Source: Torpedo marmorata
Lineage: Eukaryota
Assembly (NCBI GenBank): GCA_977017645.1
Contig: OZ360238.1
Span: 26,598,001-26,662,000, forward strand
Length of the DNA stretch: 64,000 nt
Direction: 5' to 3'
This document shows, one piece after another, positions 50,242-64,000 of this stretch; position 1 is the first letter of the stretch, and every line of letters starts with the position of its first letter. The position numbers were made by a program, and so were the translations under genes. Under the pieces are notes generated by a model. It had not been told where the DNA came from. It made no database searches and worked only from the letters and a program-made list of their open reading frames with translations.

Positions 50242-51112
50242 TCCCAGCACTTGGTTTGAGCCTTCTGTCTCATTAATTCAAGTTACGTTCTACAAATAAA
50301 TTTGGCATGTTTCTGAGAATAGTGTGAGATTACACACTTCCTTTTGTTTAATTTTGAATTTTGTGTATAACAGCCACAGATTTTTCAATTTCTAAAGTGA
50401 CTGAAAACTGATGTGCTTCAAGGAAGATCTGAAGGATGTTAGAAAGATTTACAAAGGTGAGGCCACAATGATGGTGAACGAGACTGTACTGGTTGTAAGC
50501 ACATTCACATGCAAAGAGAATTTTCCGTGATTTGTGTGCCTTACTTTCACTTTTGTGATGTCATGCCAGAGAGGAACTCCAGAGGAAGAATTCCTCCAGT
50601 CAATATGTGTGGTGACATTTAAATATGTTTGTGAAGATTTCCTCCATTTGGCCTCTCTCACAGATGCAACCACACATTCTAAAAGGATGTGTTTACAATT
50701 TCATTGCACGTGGTGACCACAGGAATTCTTAACCATCCACATTTGACAATCTAGCGTCTGTACCTGGTGTGGATTTGAAGGGAGAATGTCTGCGTTTCTG
50801 CTTCTTCCTCCAACTCCACTCTACACCGGGGAAGAATGTGACTTCAATATATGTGCACATAAACAGAATACAAATGTTGAAATCACTTTATACCTTTACT
50901 GAATATACGACAGGGAAAAAGGAGGAAGAATTTACTCATATTCCTGGGCATGTTTAAGAGGTTCCTGCTCCTCACGCTGTGCAATGATATTTTGAGGTGG
51001 CAGTCACATTAAGAACATCTCCTCTTGGGGAATGTTTCCGATAAACGGCCTAAGCCCATCAGAATGCTGATTTACACATGTTTATTGGCTAAAACTAAAG
51101 GTCTTAAACCAA

Positions 51113-53945
51113 CACAGAACCATGGAACATTGCAGCATGGAAACAGGCCTCTTCAGCCCTTCTAGTCTGTGCCAAACTATATTTTTTTTAGCCTGGTGCC
51201 ACTGAGCTGCACCCAGTCCATAGCCCTCCATACCTCTCCTATCCATGTTGCTGTCCAAATTCCTCTTAAATGTTAAAATTGAGCCTGTATTCACCACCTC
51301 AGCTGGCAGCTCGATCCACACTTCCACCACTCTTTGTGTGAAGAAGTTCCCCCTCATGTTCCCCCTAAACTTTTCCCCTTTCACTCTTAACCCATGTCCT
51401 CTGGTTTGTATCTCACCTACCCTCAGTGGAAAAAGCCTATCTACATTTACTCTGTCTATCCCCCTCATAATTTTAAATACCTCCATCAAATCTCCCCTCA
51501 TTCTCCTACGCTTCAGGGAATAAAGTCCTAACCTGTTTAACCTTTCCCTGTAACTCAGTTCCTGAATCCTGGCTGCCGGAGCCGCTGCAATGGCAGCGCT
51601 GCCGCCGGTGCGGACCCGCGGGGAGCGAGGAGCAGAGATACAGCGCTCCCACGGGGTCCAACCGCCCAGTCAACTGCCGTCAGCTAGGCACAGGCTTTGA
51701 ACGGCCCGTTAAAGGAGCCGACGGTAGTTTTATTTAAAATCCCGCGACTGCGGGGTCTGCGCCCAAGATGGCGGCGCCTATGATTGGCAGCAGCCATGAG
51801 GGGTTGCAGTCTCCAGGGAAGTGGAGGACTGGTGCAGGGCACCAGAAAATGGGGAGACCATCCCACGTCTGAGAAGGAGAAGCAGAGGAGACGACCCATG
51901 GGGCGGTGACCACGGCGGTGGACCAGTGAGGGGGCTCTGCGGCTGAAAGACCCACGCATGCGGTGGGCTGCTGACGACTCGAGGCGAGGAACCCAGGGAG
52001 GCTGCGGGCTGCTGGAGACTGCTGTCGGGAGACTCGCGCCGGGCTGCGGACTGCTGGAGACTGGCTCGAAACTGGCTGAAGAGGTACCAGGTATCGGAAC
52101 CGGGATGCGAGGCGGTGCCGAAGGCGCTCAAGGGTTCCTGGCCGTATCGGAGGTTTGGATCTGGAGCTCGGGTTGCCAATGGTTTGGACTGGACTCTGTG
52201 TGGCTGCAGAGGCACTGGAGGCGAATCTACGGACACTCGGTAACTCTGGGGGGACTCTCTTTTGCTTCTCTTTCTCTGACTGTAAGAGGCGCTTCAGGCA
52301 ATTTCTGCAGATGGTGAATCTGTCTGCCTCACAGCAGGCAAAAGCAATTTCATGTAATATGACACTGTTTTATTACAATGACAATAAGATTTAGAAGTTC
52401 AAGATTCAATTTAACTGCACTCTTTCAATCATATTGAGATCTTTCCTGTAGTAAGGTGACCAAAACTGCACACAATACTCCAAATTTGGCCTCACCGATG
52501 TCTTATACAACTTTAACATAACATTCCAACTCCTATACTCAATACTTTGATGTATGAAGGCCAATATGCCAAAAGCTCTCTTTACAACCCTATCTACCTG
52601 TGACGCCACTTTCAGAGAATTATGTATCTGTATTCCCAGATACCTCTTCTACCGCACTCCTCTGTGCCCTACCATTTACTTGGTTTGTCCTTCCAAAATG
52701 CAACACCTCACACTTGTCTGCATTAAATTCCATCTGCCATTTTTCAGCCCATTTTTTCAGCTGGTCCAGATCTCTCTGCAAGCTTTGAAAACCTTCTTCG
52801 CTGTGTACAACATCTCCAATTTTAGTGTAATCTGCAAACCGGCTGATCCAATTTACCACATTATCACCCAGATCATTTATATAGATGACAAACAACAATG
52901 GTCCCAGCACTGATTCCTGAGGCACACTAGTCACAGGCTTCCAGTCTGAGAAGCAATCATCCACCACTACTCTCTGGCTTCTCCCGTCCAGACATTGTCG
53001 AATCCAGTTTATTACTTCACCATGAATACCTAGCGTCTGAACCTTCCTGACTAACTTCCCATGCGAGATCTTGTCAAAGGCCTTACTAAAGTCCATGTGG
53101 ACAACATCCACAGCCTTTCCTTCGTCAACTTTCCTGGTAACCTCCTCGAAAAACTATAAGATTGGTTAAACACGACCTACCATGCACAAACCCATGTTGA
53201 CTATCCCTATCAGTCCATGGCTATCCAAATAATTGTACATCCGATCTCTTAGAACACCTTCCAATAATTTACCTACTACTGACATCAGGCTCACCGTCTA
53301 TAATTTCCAGGGTTACTTTTGGAGCCTTTTTTAAACAACAGAACAACGTGAGCTACCCACCAATCCTCTGGCACCACACCCGTGGATAAGGACATTTTAA
53401 ATATTTCTGACAGAGCCCCTGCAATTTCTACACTAGCCTCCCTCAAGATCTGAGGGAATATCTTGTCAGGCCCTGGGGATTTTTCCACCCTTATTTTCTT
53501 TGAGACAGCAAGCACTTCCTCCTCTTTAATCTGTATAGGTTCTATGACCTCACTGCTTGTTTTCCTTACTTCCCTCGAATCTGGGCCCTTTTCCTGAGTG
53601 AATACTGATGAAAAAAACATTTAAGATCTCCCCCATCTCTTTTGGCTCCATACAAAACCAACCACTCTGATCTTCAAGGGGACCAATTTTGTCCCTTACT
53701 ATCCTTTTGCTCTTCATATACCTGTAGAAACCTTTAGGATTTTCCTTCACATTGTTTGCCAAAGCAACCTCATGTCTTCTTTTAGCCTTCCTGATTTCTT
53801 TCTTGAGGGTTTTCTTGCATTTTTATACTCCTCAAGAACCTCATTTTCTCCATGCTGCCTATACCTGTTATACACCACTCTCTTCTTCCGAACAAGATCC
53901 CCAATATCCCTTGAAAACCAAGGTTCCCTATGCCTTCTAACCTTG
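51113..53945 (-). mobile_element. Long CR1 LINE ORF2 fragment (reverse transcriptase), interrupted at 51570-52405
   Basis: Frames contain KSPGPDKIFP, NPGNYR, MDFSKAFDK, VPQESVLGPLLFVIYIND, FADYTKI, LEYCVQFWSP and RMRGDL, then the 3' UTR. Confidence 0.93.
51570..52405 (+). mobile_element. GC/CpG-rich non-autonomous retroelement nested in a CR1 LINE
   Basis: Interrupts continuous CR1 ORF2 sequence; contains AAGATGGCGGC; 3' end TCTGTCTGCCTCACAGCAGGCAAAAGCAATTTCATG...TGACAATAA is homologous to the SINE tail; second copy at 40656-40968. Confidence 0.75.
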
Positions 53946-54204
53946 CTTTTGAACCTGTGACATCAGCATCTCAACCATATTGTAAATTTTTGAACTTAAA
54001 AAAAATAACAGAGTGGGATACCTTTTTATATATCTTCCTTTATCTGACTTTGTGGATCACTTATTTAGGAAATTTGGACACCAGTTTGCTTGGATCTTCG
54101 TGGAGGAACTCCTTAAAATAAAGCTACTTCTACAATTTTGGTTTTTTGACTTACTAATGCAAAAATGCAGATGTTAAACTTGCACGCTGTGTTTGAGTTT
54201 CCAA

Positions 54205-54826
54205 TAAGTTCAAAGTTCACATTTTTGTCAGAGTACATACATGACATCACATACAACCCTGAGATTCTTTTTCCTCAGGCCAGGCAGAATTTCTACTTAT
54301 TGGTAACTGCAAACTGTACTCAAGAAAAAGATATGTATACAAAAGAGAGAAATGTAAACAAAGAAATGTAAACAAACTGTGCAATACAGAAAAAAATATT
54401 CAGTAATAAAAAATTTGCAAAGCAAGGGTCCTTTAATGAGTCTCTGATTGAGTTTGTTGTTTATGAGTCTGATGGAGGGGTAGCAACTGTTCCTGAACGT
54501 GGTGGTACAATTCTTGAGGCACCTAGACCTCTTTCCTGATGGCAGCCTCAAGAATAGAGCATGCCCTGGGTGGTGTGGATCCTTGATGATTGCTGTTGCT
54601 CTCCGACGGCAGTGTTCCGTGTAGATATTCTCGATGGTGGGGAAAGTTTTGCCTGTGATTTACTGGGCTGTGTCCACTACCTTTTGCAGGGCTTTCTGCT
54701 CAGAGGTATTGGTGCCCCCATACCAGGCTGTGATGCAGCCGGTCAGCACACTTTCCACTACACATCTGTAAAAGTTTGCCAAAGTTTCCGATGACATACC
54801 AAACCTCCACAAACTCCTGAGGAAGT
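54205..54826 (-). mobile_element. Rex1/Babar-type LINE 3' fragment (second subfamily)
   Basis: FLRSLWRFGMSSETLANFYRCVVESVLTGCITAWYG; 3' UTR shared with 55805-56132. Confidence 0.8.
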
Positions 54827-55804
54827 CAATAGCATGACATATCTGAACAATCAAGAATGAAACCAGGAATCATATAATCCTGGCTTCAGCGTAAAGTGGG
54901 TGTAAATGTGATGAAGAATAAAGATTGGGTTGTAGCCACTGTAAATATCTTTGAACTGAGTTGAAGAATGGCAACATTTGTTGCTTCAAAATAATGTACA
55001 TCTCCTTGACTGATCGTCAGCATCAGTGCAGTCAAGGTCACACAATGTAGGCCTGGAGGAATTCAACAGGCCAGGCAGCATCCATTGGCAGAAACGGTTA
55101 GTCAACGTTTTGGGTCGGGACCCTTTATCAAGACTAAAGTAGGAAGGGAAGATTTCAAGTATATCAAGAAGGAAAGAAAAAGAAACTGGTCAGGGGCTAA
55201 GAGGTAATAGGGAAGTGGTCAGAATGTGGGAGGGGTGGAGAGAGAGGTAGATGGATGGACCAGAGGGGGTGGGAGGGGTGTCAAAGTTAGAGAGTAAAGT
55301 TTGAGAGGAAAGGAGTAGGAAAAGAAGAGAAGGAAACTGTGGAACCAGAGAAAATTACCTAAAATTAGGGTTGAGGGAAATTAAAATGAGGGAAGATGCA
55401 GCTGGTAGTGGGATTGTGCCACTTTTGTGTCAGAGGGTAATGTGTTGGGTGCGGAGACTGATGGACTGAAAAGTGAGGACCAGGGAGACTCTGCCCTTGT
55501 TCTGCCTGGAGAGGGATGAGGTGAGGGCGGAAGTGTGAGAAATGGAGGAGATACAATGACAAGGTGGGGAATCCAGTGCAGTCAGGATGATCTGTTTTTG
55601 GTGACATTGCGTCTAGTTTCTTTGACTTTAGCTAATGATATGCAAGCCAGAGTAAATATTTAGTAGGAAACTTTGTATGGGATAAACGGTCTATATTCAG
55701 TTAGATTGAAAAGATGAAAACATATAAATGATCTGCATTGTGTCCAGGTATTGCTTAACAGAGGACTTACTGAAGATAATGCTACAAGATAGAAGAATGG
55801 ACAT

Positions 55805-56132
55805 CAAAGTTCAAAGATCAGATTTATTGTCAGAGTACATACATGACATCACATCCAACCCTGAGATTCTTTTTTCCTGCAGTCCAGTCAGGATTTCTAC
55901 TTATCGGTAACTGTACACTGTACTCAAGAAAAAGATATGTATACAAAAGAGAGAAATGTAAACAAAAAAAGAAATGTAAACAAACTGACTGTGCAATACA
56001 GAAAAAAAAATTCAGTAATAAATAATGTGCAAATAAAAAGTCTTTAAATGATTGAGTTTGTTGTTTAGGAGTTGGAGGGTGGAGGGGTAACAACTGTTCC
56101 TGAACCTGGTGGTACGAGTCTTGTGGCACCTA
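55805..56132 (-). mobile_element. Rex1/Babar-type LINE 3' UTR fragment
   Basis: Near-identical to 54205-54530; tail TGACAATAAATCTG. Confidence 0.78.
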
Positions 56133-56512
56133 TATCACTGAAAAGTTTTCCAAGTTCATTAAGAGACTCGTTTGCTGAGGCACACTTTTCTCATTCGTAC
56201 TGTGTTCCTAAACACCTCTCCGTGCCACTTAGACATTTTGCAGATTAAAAGATGCAAATGCTCGTGTTAAGGAGTCAGTTAACACACAAACAATCTGCAT
56301 ATAGAAACCAACTCCAGAGCCCACTTTGTGTGCCCAAAATTCATTACAGCTTCCATCAGATCTTTCTGCTCCCCTTTAGTGTGACAAAGCCTTGCTAAAT
56401 TTTACAATTCCATCAGTGACCTTTTCCTTGTTTCAAGTTCACAGTCATGTTATACCTGGTACAGTGAGAAAGATTTTTCCACGAAGTGGTGTACCAAGTC
56501 AACTCAAACATT

Positions 56513-56656
56513 CTTGAAGTTGAACATTGAAGGAGGACTCAGGCCCAAAATGTCAGTAATATATCTTTACCTTCTACAGACGCTGCATGACCTGCTGAGT
56601 TCCTCCAGCATTTCTAAGCTTTTACTGCAATCACAGCGTCTGCAGACGTTCGTGTT
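56513..56656 (+). mobile_element. Penelope-derived short repeat
   Basis: Degenerate core TTGAAGGAGGACTCAGGCCCAAAATGTC followed by GACCTGCTGAGTTCCTCCAGC; flanks TCAACTC(A/G)AACATT. Confidence 0.7.
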
Positions 56657-57659
56657 TCAACTCGAACATTTATTCAACCATACAAAATTTTAGATCCAAC
56701 ACCTGATTACTTTACAATTAAAAGGGTTGCCTTCTACGCAAGTTCTATTCTGCTGTTGGAAAATTGAAATTTTACAAACTGTTAGCTCTCGTGTAATGCC
56801 ATGTATTCAATGTATCTTTGAGCATATATCGCAATTCTATCCCCCTGAGAATGGACACAGGATTCGATGCTCTAATGAAAATATAAACCACTCATTCTCA
56901 CATGCAGTAACCTTGCTGAGAGTTCCAAGAATGTAGAAAAAAAGGAAATGCTGAATGGCTTCCAACAATACTGTGTCCTGCTCACACAATGATGGCATGA
57001 TGGTTTATTTTAAGAAATTAACAGCAACCCATTAAAATTCTCCATTCTCAGTGTGTCTTATTTCCCCCCAGGGGGAACTTTACAGAAGAATTTCCTAAGC
57101 TGCTTCGCACTAAGCATTTGCTTGAAACCCCTCTCTTGCTTTTCAGTCAATACAGGAAAGCAGAGTCAATTCTTACTTAAGGAGGCAAAAGTCAACTTGC
57201 TGGTCGATCATTTGTACGTCTGTGAACATGGATTCCCGTAAAATCAATGATCTTCAGTTATTGCTATCAGTCTGTTTCTAAAATAGACTGGAAGCTGTTT
57301 AAGTTCATACATGCAGTCAGTGTGCCCAGGGCAACATCACTCACTTATCTGCTTTACATCCTTTCCTCCATTATAACAGTCTGCTAGCTCTAACTCAAAC
57401 AGATCATGAATCCATAATATTACACTAAATTTACTTTGCAGAATGACAGCCAATTTGATTTGTAAGAGCACCTGATTTCACAGGTTACTCCTCTAACATT
57501 CTATCTGCTCTGTCACTCCCTACCCGTCATCTCCCTCCGAATTCTCACCAGCATCCAACCACAGGCTGCAAGTTATTTAAAGGAAAATTGGAAGCTCTGT
57601 TGTTGATTATGATCAGACTTGTTTCACAGAGTTACTATTTTCAGCACATCTGATTAATG

Positions 57660-57870
57660 GGCAGCACTGTTAGCGTAAAGGGTTCGAATCCAGCGCTGTC
57701 TGTAAGGAGTTTGTGTGTTCTCCCCACATCTGCGTGGGTTTTCCCCGGGTGCTCCGGCTTCCTCCCACCCTTCAAAAACATATGGGATTTGTAGGTTAAT
57801 TGGGTGCCATGGGCTCGTGGGCTGGAAGGACTGTTACTGTGTTGTATGTCCAAAAAAAATTTTAAATAAA
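57660..57870 (+). mobile_element. V-domain SINE
   Basis: B box and V-domain. Confidence 0.8.
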
Positions 57871-59397
57871 AAATATTAAATTTGGGGAGTTCGTGATGGG
57901 ATTGTGGAGAAGGGATGGGGAGGGAGGGCAAGGAGGAGAAGAGACGTTCACATCTCTATGTCCCTGTTAATTAAAAATAAAGTGCTGCTTTTTGGGGCCG
58001 TTCAATCCCCTGTGATCTACTGTGACAAGTTTGCTCCAATATATTCAGAAAGACTGTACACTTTACTCATCTGATGTTCCAAGGCTAAGAACAATCTCTG
58101 CCCAGCCATGAGAAAGTTCTCTTCTCTATTGTACTTGGAGCAGAAAGGAAGGCTCTTGCTTTAAAAGATTCATAGCATCACATTAGTGACTTACAGAAAG
58201 CAGGGAAATAGAACCAATGCCCAGAAAGACACTATATTTATGAACGTGTGTAAAAAAAAATACAACACAACAGTAGAGAGAATTTTGGGCAAAAAAGTCC
58301 AGTGTGCCTTTGATAAGGTAAGTTTCATTTTGATGCATGAACCGTGAAGTCTTTTCCTGTCTTATTGTTCTAAATTTGCATTCCTAAACAGCTCACATTT
58401 TAGGACATGTAGAAACAAATCGACTGCAAGACTTGGACATTAAGGCTACAAACGTTTTTTTTTTAAAAAGAGAGTGAAAAATATAATACAGTGTAACAAA
58501 AAAAAACCTTGTATGACACTATCCCAACTGCTCATATTAATGCCCTGCTCCTGTCACATAATTTTAAGATTTGGGATCCACGCAGACAAAGCAAGCTCTG
58601 TGGGATTGTGTGTCCCACTGACATAACATGGCGGTGTCATGTAGGCCGAGACAGCTCCTCCTGAGTATAAACATGCATAGGTTATGACTTCTCAACCCTT
58701 CCCTTCAGCAGAATATCTTTCTTGGTTGCCCCCAGCTAATTCAAATGCTAATGTACTATTTCGAAACAAACTTTCAAATGCAACTACGGTAATTTCAAGA
58801 GAGGAAGAAGCTCCCTACGCTCAGCTCAGATCGGTGCACTTCACCGAACACAGTTTCAAAGTGGCTCATAGCACAGAACCCAAAGGAGGTGGTGCCTCCA
58901 TTTGCCATGAATTCAACATCAACAGCATAGTGTGTAATTTTAATCATTAATTAGCACTGGGTTAATTGCGTACGCAACTCACAAGAGCACTGTAAATGTT
59001 GCTGGTGATAAACTAACATTGAAGAAAGCATGAAATTGTAACTGCACTGCAATTAGCTGGAAACCAGCCCTTGCAGTTAACAGGTTGGCTGAGAGAAAGT
59101 CCCTTTCAGGCACTCTTTGTAGCTTCTCTGTTCAGAAGATACAGAACTGCAGCCAATTCAAACAAGGATAAGGGAGAAGATAAGGAACAAAAAGCTTCCA
59201 CAGCAGGTGAGAAAACACAAGGGAACAAGACTCAGCTACCTTTAGTTGCTCTGGTCTCTCACCTCAGGCTAGCAAACAGCTTGTTCTTCTGTTTCACTAA
59301 TGTTTAACACTGAATATTTCATTCTCTTGAACAATCATATTGCACTTAATCACATTTCCTTTCCCTTTAAAAGGTGTAATTCCAGGGAGAGGCCTGG

Positions 59398-59737
59398 GCA
59401 TCTACATGAGGCGATGTCTTAATAAAGCAGCCTCTATCCTCAAGGACCCCCACCACCCAGGCCATGCCCTCTTCACGCTGCTTCCATCGGGGAAAAGGTA
59501 CAGGAGCCTAAAGACGAGCACTCAACGGCACAAGGTCAGCTTCTTCCCTGCTGCCATCAGATTCCTGAACAATCAATGAACCAAAGACACTAGTGCACTA
59601 TTGTTTATAATTTTTATATAGTAATGTCGTTAGAATGGTTAATATGAATGTTAATTGCACTATGATGCTGCCGCAAAGCACCGAATTTCATGACTTGTTC
59701 ATGACAATAAATTCTGATTCTGATTCTGATTCTGATT
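59398..59737 (+). mobile_element. Rex1/Babar-type LINE 3' fragment with (TGATTC)n tail
   Basis: KDPHHPGHALFTLLPSGKRYRS; AATTTCATG...TGACAATAAATTC(TGATTC)n. Confidence 0.8.
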
Positions 59738-60499
59738 TCTAATTATATTCATTTAAATGGTCTTTAAAATATTTAAAAAATATTTTTTGCTGGGTTTCTA
59801 CTCTGTTATAAAAGTCTCAATCTTGGAAATGAACTTGACAGTAACCTTCAATTCATCCACAGGCTACAGAACAGTCAACACCTGTGAGTGCTCATAGACA
59901 TAGAAATCGATTATGGAATTTTCAGTCTTTAAAATATTTAATTTCTTCCAACAGTCACGGGCTATTCTGAAGTCAGAATTGATGCCCCTGCAGGTGTTAG
60001 GTGAAGCAGGTGCATATTTGGGGACTCTCTCTCAATGGTGCAAAGCCATTCATTTAAATTTCAAAACACACAGAGTCACTGGTATCTTCCAATTTCATGA
60101 ACCTATTTTGATTTTTCACCTCATGCTCAAATGGGCTTTCTTATAGTGTGCTTTGAGACACTTGTGGCTATGTCGATAGTCCACTAGCACGGCTTTAAGT
60201 GGAGCAACTATATCTGAATAATTGCAAACACTAATTTCAGTAATAGTGCGAAGACAAAAGAGACATCGATGCTGAAATTTGGAACAAAAACAGAGAGCGG
60301 GAAGAACTCAGCAAGTCAAGCAGTCTTGGTGGAGGTTAAAGTTGGATGATGCGGTTTTAGATTGAGGCCCTGCATCAGGACCTGAAATGTTGATTTACAT
60401 CTTTTGCCTCCACAGATGCTGATTGACCCACTGAGTTTGTCCAGCATTCTGTTTATTTTTTCAGTAATAGTGTGAAGTTTGGAACTAGCTCTAATTATA

Positions 60500-60976
60500 A
60501 TGATTTCTACAGGTGTACCATGGAGAGCATTTTGACTGGTTACATCACTGTCTGGTATGGAGATGCCAATGCACAGGACAAAAAAATTTAACAGAGTTGT
60601 GAACTCGGCTAGCGCCACCATGGGCATTATTCTGCATGCCATCGAGGATATCTACAAGACACATCTCAAGAAAGCAGCCTCTATCATCAAGAACCCTCAC
60701 CACCCAGGCCATGCCCTCTTTTCACTGCTACCATCGGGAAGGAGGTACAGGAGCCTGAAGACGAACACTCAATGTTACAAAAACAGCTTCTTCCCCTCCG
60801 CCATCAGATTTCTGAACGGACAATGAACCACAATCATTAGCTCACTTTTTCTCTTTTTTCGCACTAATTTATTTATTTATTTTTAAAACGTAATTTATAG
60901 CAATTTTTGCACCTGTAATGCTGCCGCAAAACAACGAATTTCGTGACACATGTTCATGACAATAAATTCTGATTCA
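60500..60976 (+). mobile_element. Rex1/Babar-type LINE 3' fragment
   Basis: Homologous to 27470-27945. Confidence 0.8.
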
Positions 60977-63900
60977 ACTTCAAACCTGGCTTGCGCGTTT
61001 GTACCTAATATGTTACTGGCTGCCTAATATACAACCATACTTTAACAAATCACTGTGCTGGGAATGGAACTGCGGTAGTGTGGAAGAATGCCATGATAAA
61101 TTTTGAATATTACCTATTTAGTACACTTCAATTTTTCTACTACATGATCCTACTCAACAACATTGCCATTACACACATTATACTTTCAGACTGTCTGATT
61201 TTCCTTGATCTTTACTATTCTTGAGCCCCCTATTATCTTCTCATTGTCAGAATACTTGTTCGACGTCCAATATAGTATGAGGAAATATTTTCCCCAAAGA
61301 AGTAGTGGAATTGCCACTAATTGGATTTGCCTTTCCTTGGCATTTGCCTGAAACAGAACCAAACTATTTGTAAACTTGGTATGATAAACTTGGATCTAAG
61401 CTGCCGTTAACACATCCTATTGCCATTTCCATGATTGCCTCATCTTATCTGCTAACAAAACAGTCACAATCTTCTTAGCTACATCTAGTCTTGACTGTTC
61501 CTATGCAATCTTTGTCATCTCCCCAGGATTGCATGGGAATCTGTTACCAGGTCTCGTCTCTGCTCAGTGACTGACATGGGCTCTTGGCTAAGCAGTGACC
61601 TTTTGTGTTCAAATCTCTCCATGGTCTCATGTACATCTGTCATTCTCCCCAAGTACCTGCGTTCCTTTCATTGTAACTCCAATCATCCTTCAATTGTTCC
61701 ACCATCGGTACAGTGATTTCAGCTTCCAAAGTCAATAACTGAGGAATCCTGTGAGGATGAATTTGATCAAACCTCTGAGATTCCATTCAGTTTGATGAAT
61801 CAATACTTGGCCAATGTCAAGTACACATAGACCTGATCATAAACCGGTATACAGTTTGTTCTTTAGATATAATACTCATGGATCTTACTGAGAGAAATAA
61901 GAAATACAGCAGTCAAACAAAAAAAACTGCAGTCAACAGACAGATTTTCTGAGAAATTTATTGAGACAAGGAAATGGAGGCAGGTAATATCATTAAAGCA
62001 GCAAGGTAGATGCCTGAAGCTTTGATTTACTGTTGCATAAGACACATTTGCAACTTTAATTCACCACTTACAAGAAACCAGGAATACACAAGTAGTTAGG
62101 TGCAACTTTCATGACACACAATGATCAATGGGCACCATAGTTGCCGGGCCAGCATACTCATTGGAGACTGAGAACCATTGACACATTCAGATGGCCCACT
62201 ATGGAAAGTGGTAGAACTTAGTCCACCTGTTTTATGTGGGGGGGGGGGGGGTGGGCGGGATTGCAAGCAACTCATCTGCTTACTTCTTTCACACAGAATG
62301 TTAGGGTTGAACAGCACATTGCAATCTATGCAGAGAAAAAAAATTGCTAATGCTAGCACTTAAACTGCAAAGCAGCATCGTTTATTGATGTTGGATTACT
62401 GGAGTGCAGAGTTGTTCAAAGTTGGCTAACAACCACAAAATAAAACATTTGCAAAGCACCTTTAATGTACAAGAATATCTCAAGTTGCCTCACACTGGAA
62501 TTATTACAGAAACTCTGATACCAAGCCACAAGGAGGATTCAAGTTTTAAAGTGCAGGTTGAAGGGCAAGATGGAGAGCCAGGCATTTGTTCAGGTTTAGG
62601 GCAGATATAGCAAGCTTATGGTCCAGCAGCTGAAGGATGAACACTAATGACACAGGAATTAAAATCAGGGCTAGTCAAAAAGCCATAATTGGAGAAGCGC
62701 AGGCACTCAGACGTACAACATGCTTGCTATAGTAGTTTCTCCCTCTACTTGTCTCCCCACCTCCTTTCCTATACTATATATCACCTCTGGCTCCTTCCCC
62801 TAGCCTCTTTCCCCTTTATATATGTGATTTTTTTTCCTATTTTATCTTAGTCTCAATAAAGGGGTCAGAACCGAAACACTGAGTGACCATTTTTACCCAC
62901 GAACGCTGTCTGACCTGCTGAGTTTCTCCAGCAGTTCTTTGTCTGCTCAGAGGTACATAGGGCTGGATAAGATTACAAAGATGAGCAAAACACGGAGGTT
63001 TGCAGACACTGTGATTGTAGTAAAAACAACAAAATTGCAAAGATATCAGAGAGGATTTTGAAAACAAATGTAGCACGTTCAAGAGAAAAGGAAGCAAAAT
63101 TTTGAATGACCTCACATTTATGTAGGGTTGATAGTGGGAGGGAAGCTCAGGGGCAATGCTCACTTAAACCACAACCATGTTTTTATTTTAAATATATAAA
63201 CTTCCTTAGGTTAAAGTGGAAGTGAAATATGCCAGGCTTTTCATATTTGGCTGTTCACACAACTATAAACCTGGGACTTCCATTCGAAAGCCTCAATCTT
63301 TCTATATTCGAGAAGATCATCAGTTGCTCTGCATTCACTTGGCCAATGGTGCCAGCACTGGCAGCATGTCAACATAAACAAGCTTTGCTTTGCACACACT
63401 GATTAAAAAGACCAGGCGCTTTCAACACTAATGAGATTATTAGCATAAACAGCTTCACAAGCAGCAGGAAGCCAGCAAACGCCTTGTCTAAACAAAGTGG
63501 GAGTGACAATTGAAGCCGCTGGTAAGTACAGTGAGAAAAGCAGGCTCGTCGAAACCCAACTTCCTCCACAGACAAGCTATTCACTCCTTAAAAGTAGAAA
63601 GTGCGCAGAAAGAGAGATCGAAGTTTACTGCTGTTGCTCAGTCTGGCATTTCGTAATCACTACTTTTAATCTGAAAAAGTGACATTGTTCAACTGATCTG
63701 ACAATACTTTGATGCTGAGGTTTGGAGCTGCTCAGTGCTCACCCATCAGTCAATGCTGATATGTAATTAGGCCTTATAATATATACAAACAGTAGGTGAC
63801 TACAAGGGGGCCTAGTGTCAGCAGATTGATTAATGTTGTTCAACACAAAGGCTTCCATTCACACCGCACCTTTTCCCAGTTCAACAATTAAAAAGCATGG

Positions 63901-64000
63901 TTTTTTTACTGAGAGGTTGAAAGAATGCCAAGTGGGTTTTCCACTGAAGTTAACAAAATAATCATTCCCTATGTAGGAAAGGGAAGAGCAGAAATGTGAA

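Noticed and set aside
49571-50299. Repetitive ORFs and CRISPR-like periodicity
   Set aside because: Head-to-tail 26-bp minisatellite with no unique spacers and no cas genes, in a vertebrate intron.
51570-52200. ZFHX3 CpG-island promoter or exon 1
   Set aside because: It sits inside a split CR1, has a retroposon tail, and its 3' part has a second copy at 40656-40968.

Overview
This is eukaryotic vertebrate genomic DNA, most likely from a cartilaginous fish; that is inferred from HE1/V-SINE, HER1/CR1-type and Penelope-derived repeats. The window lies inside the ZFHX3 (ATBF1) gene on the minus strand. It holds the large first coding exon (38585-35890, ATG at 38539) and the next 497-bp zinc-finger exon (19071-18575). 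Everything else is intron filled with CR1 and Rex1/Babar-type LINE fragments, V-domain tRNA SINEs, Penelope-derived hammerhead-bearing repeats, two hAT MITEs, a nearly intact pogo DD35D transposon, a 1.3-kb purine tract and a 26-bp minisatellite. The most notable observation is one non-autonomous retroposon body/tail found with three different 5' modules: a 5S rRNA head, a near-perfect tRNA-Thr(UGU) head joined at the same junction, and a long GC-rich head. All family assignments are from recognition of the sequence; no database search was run.
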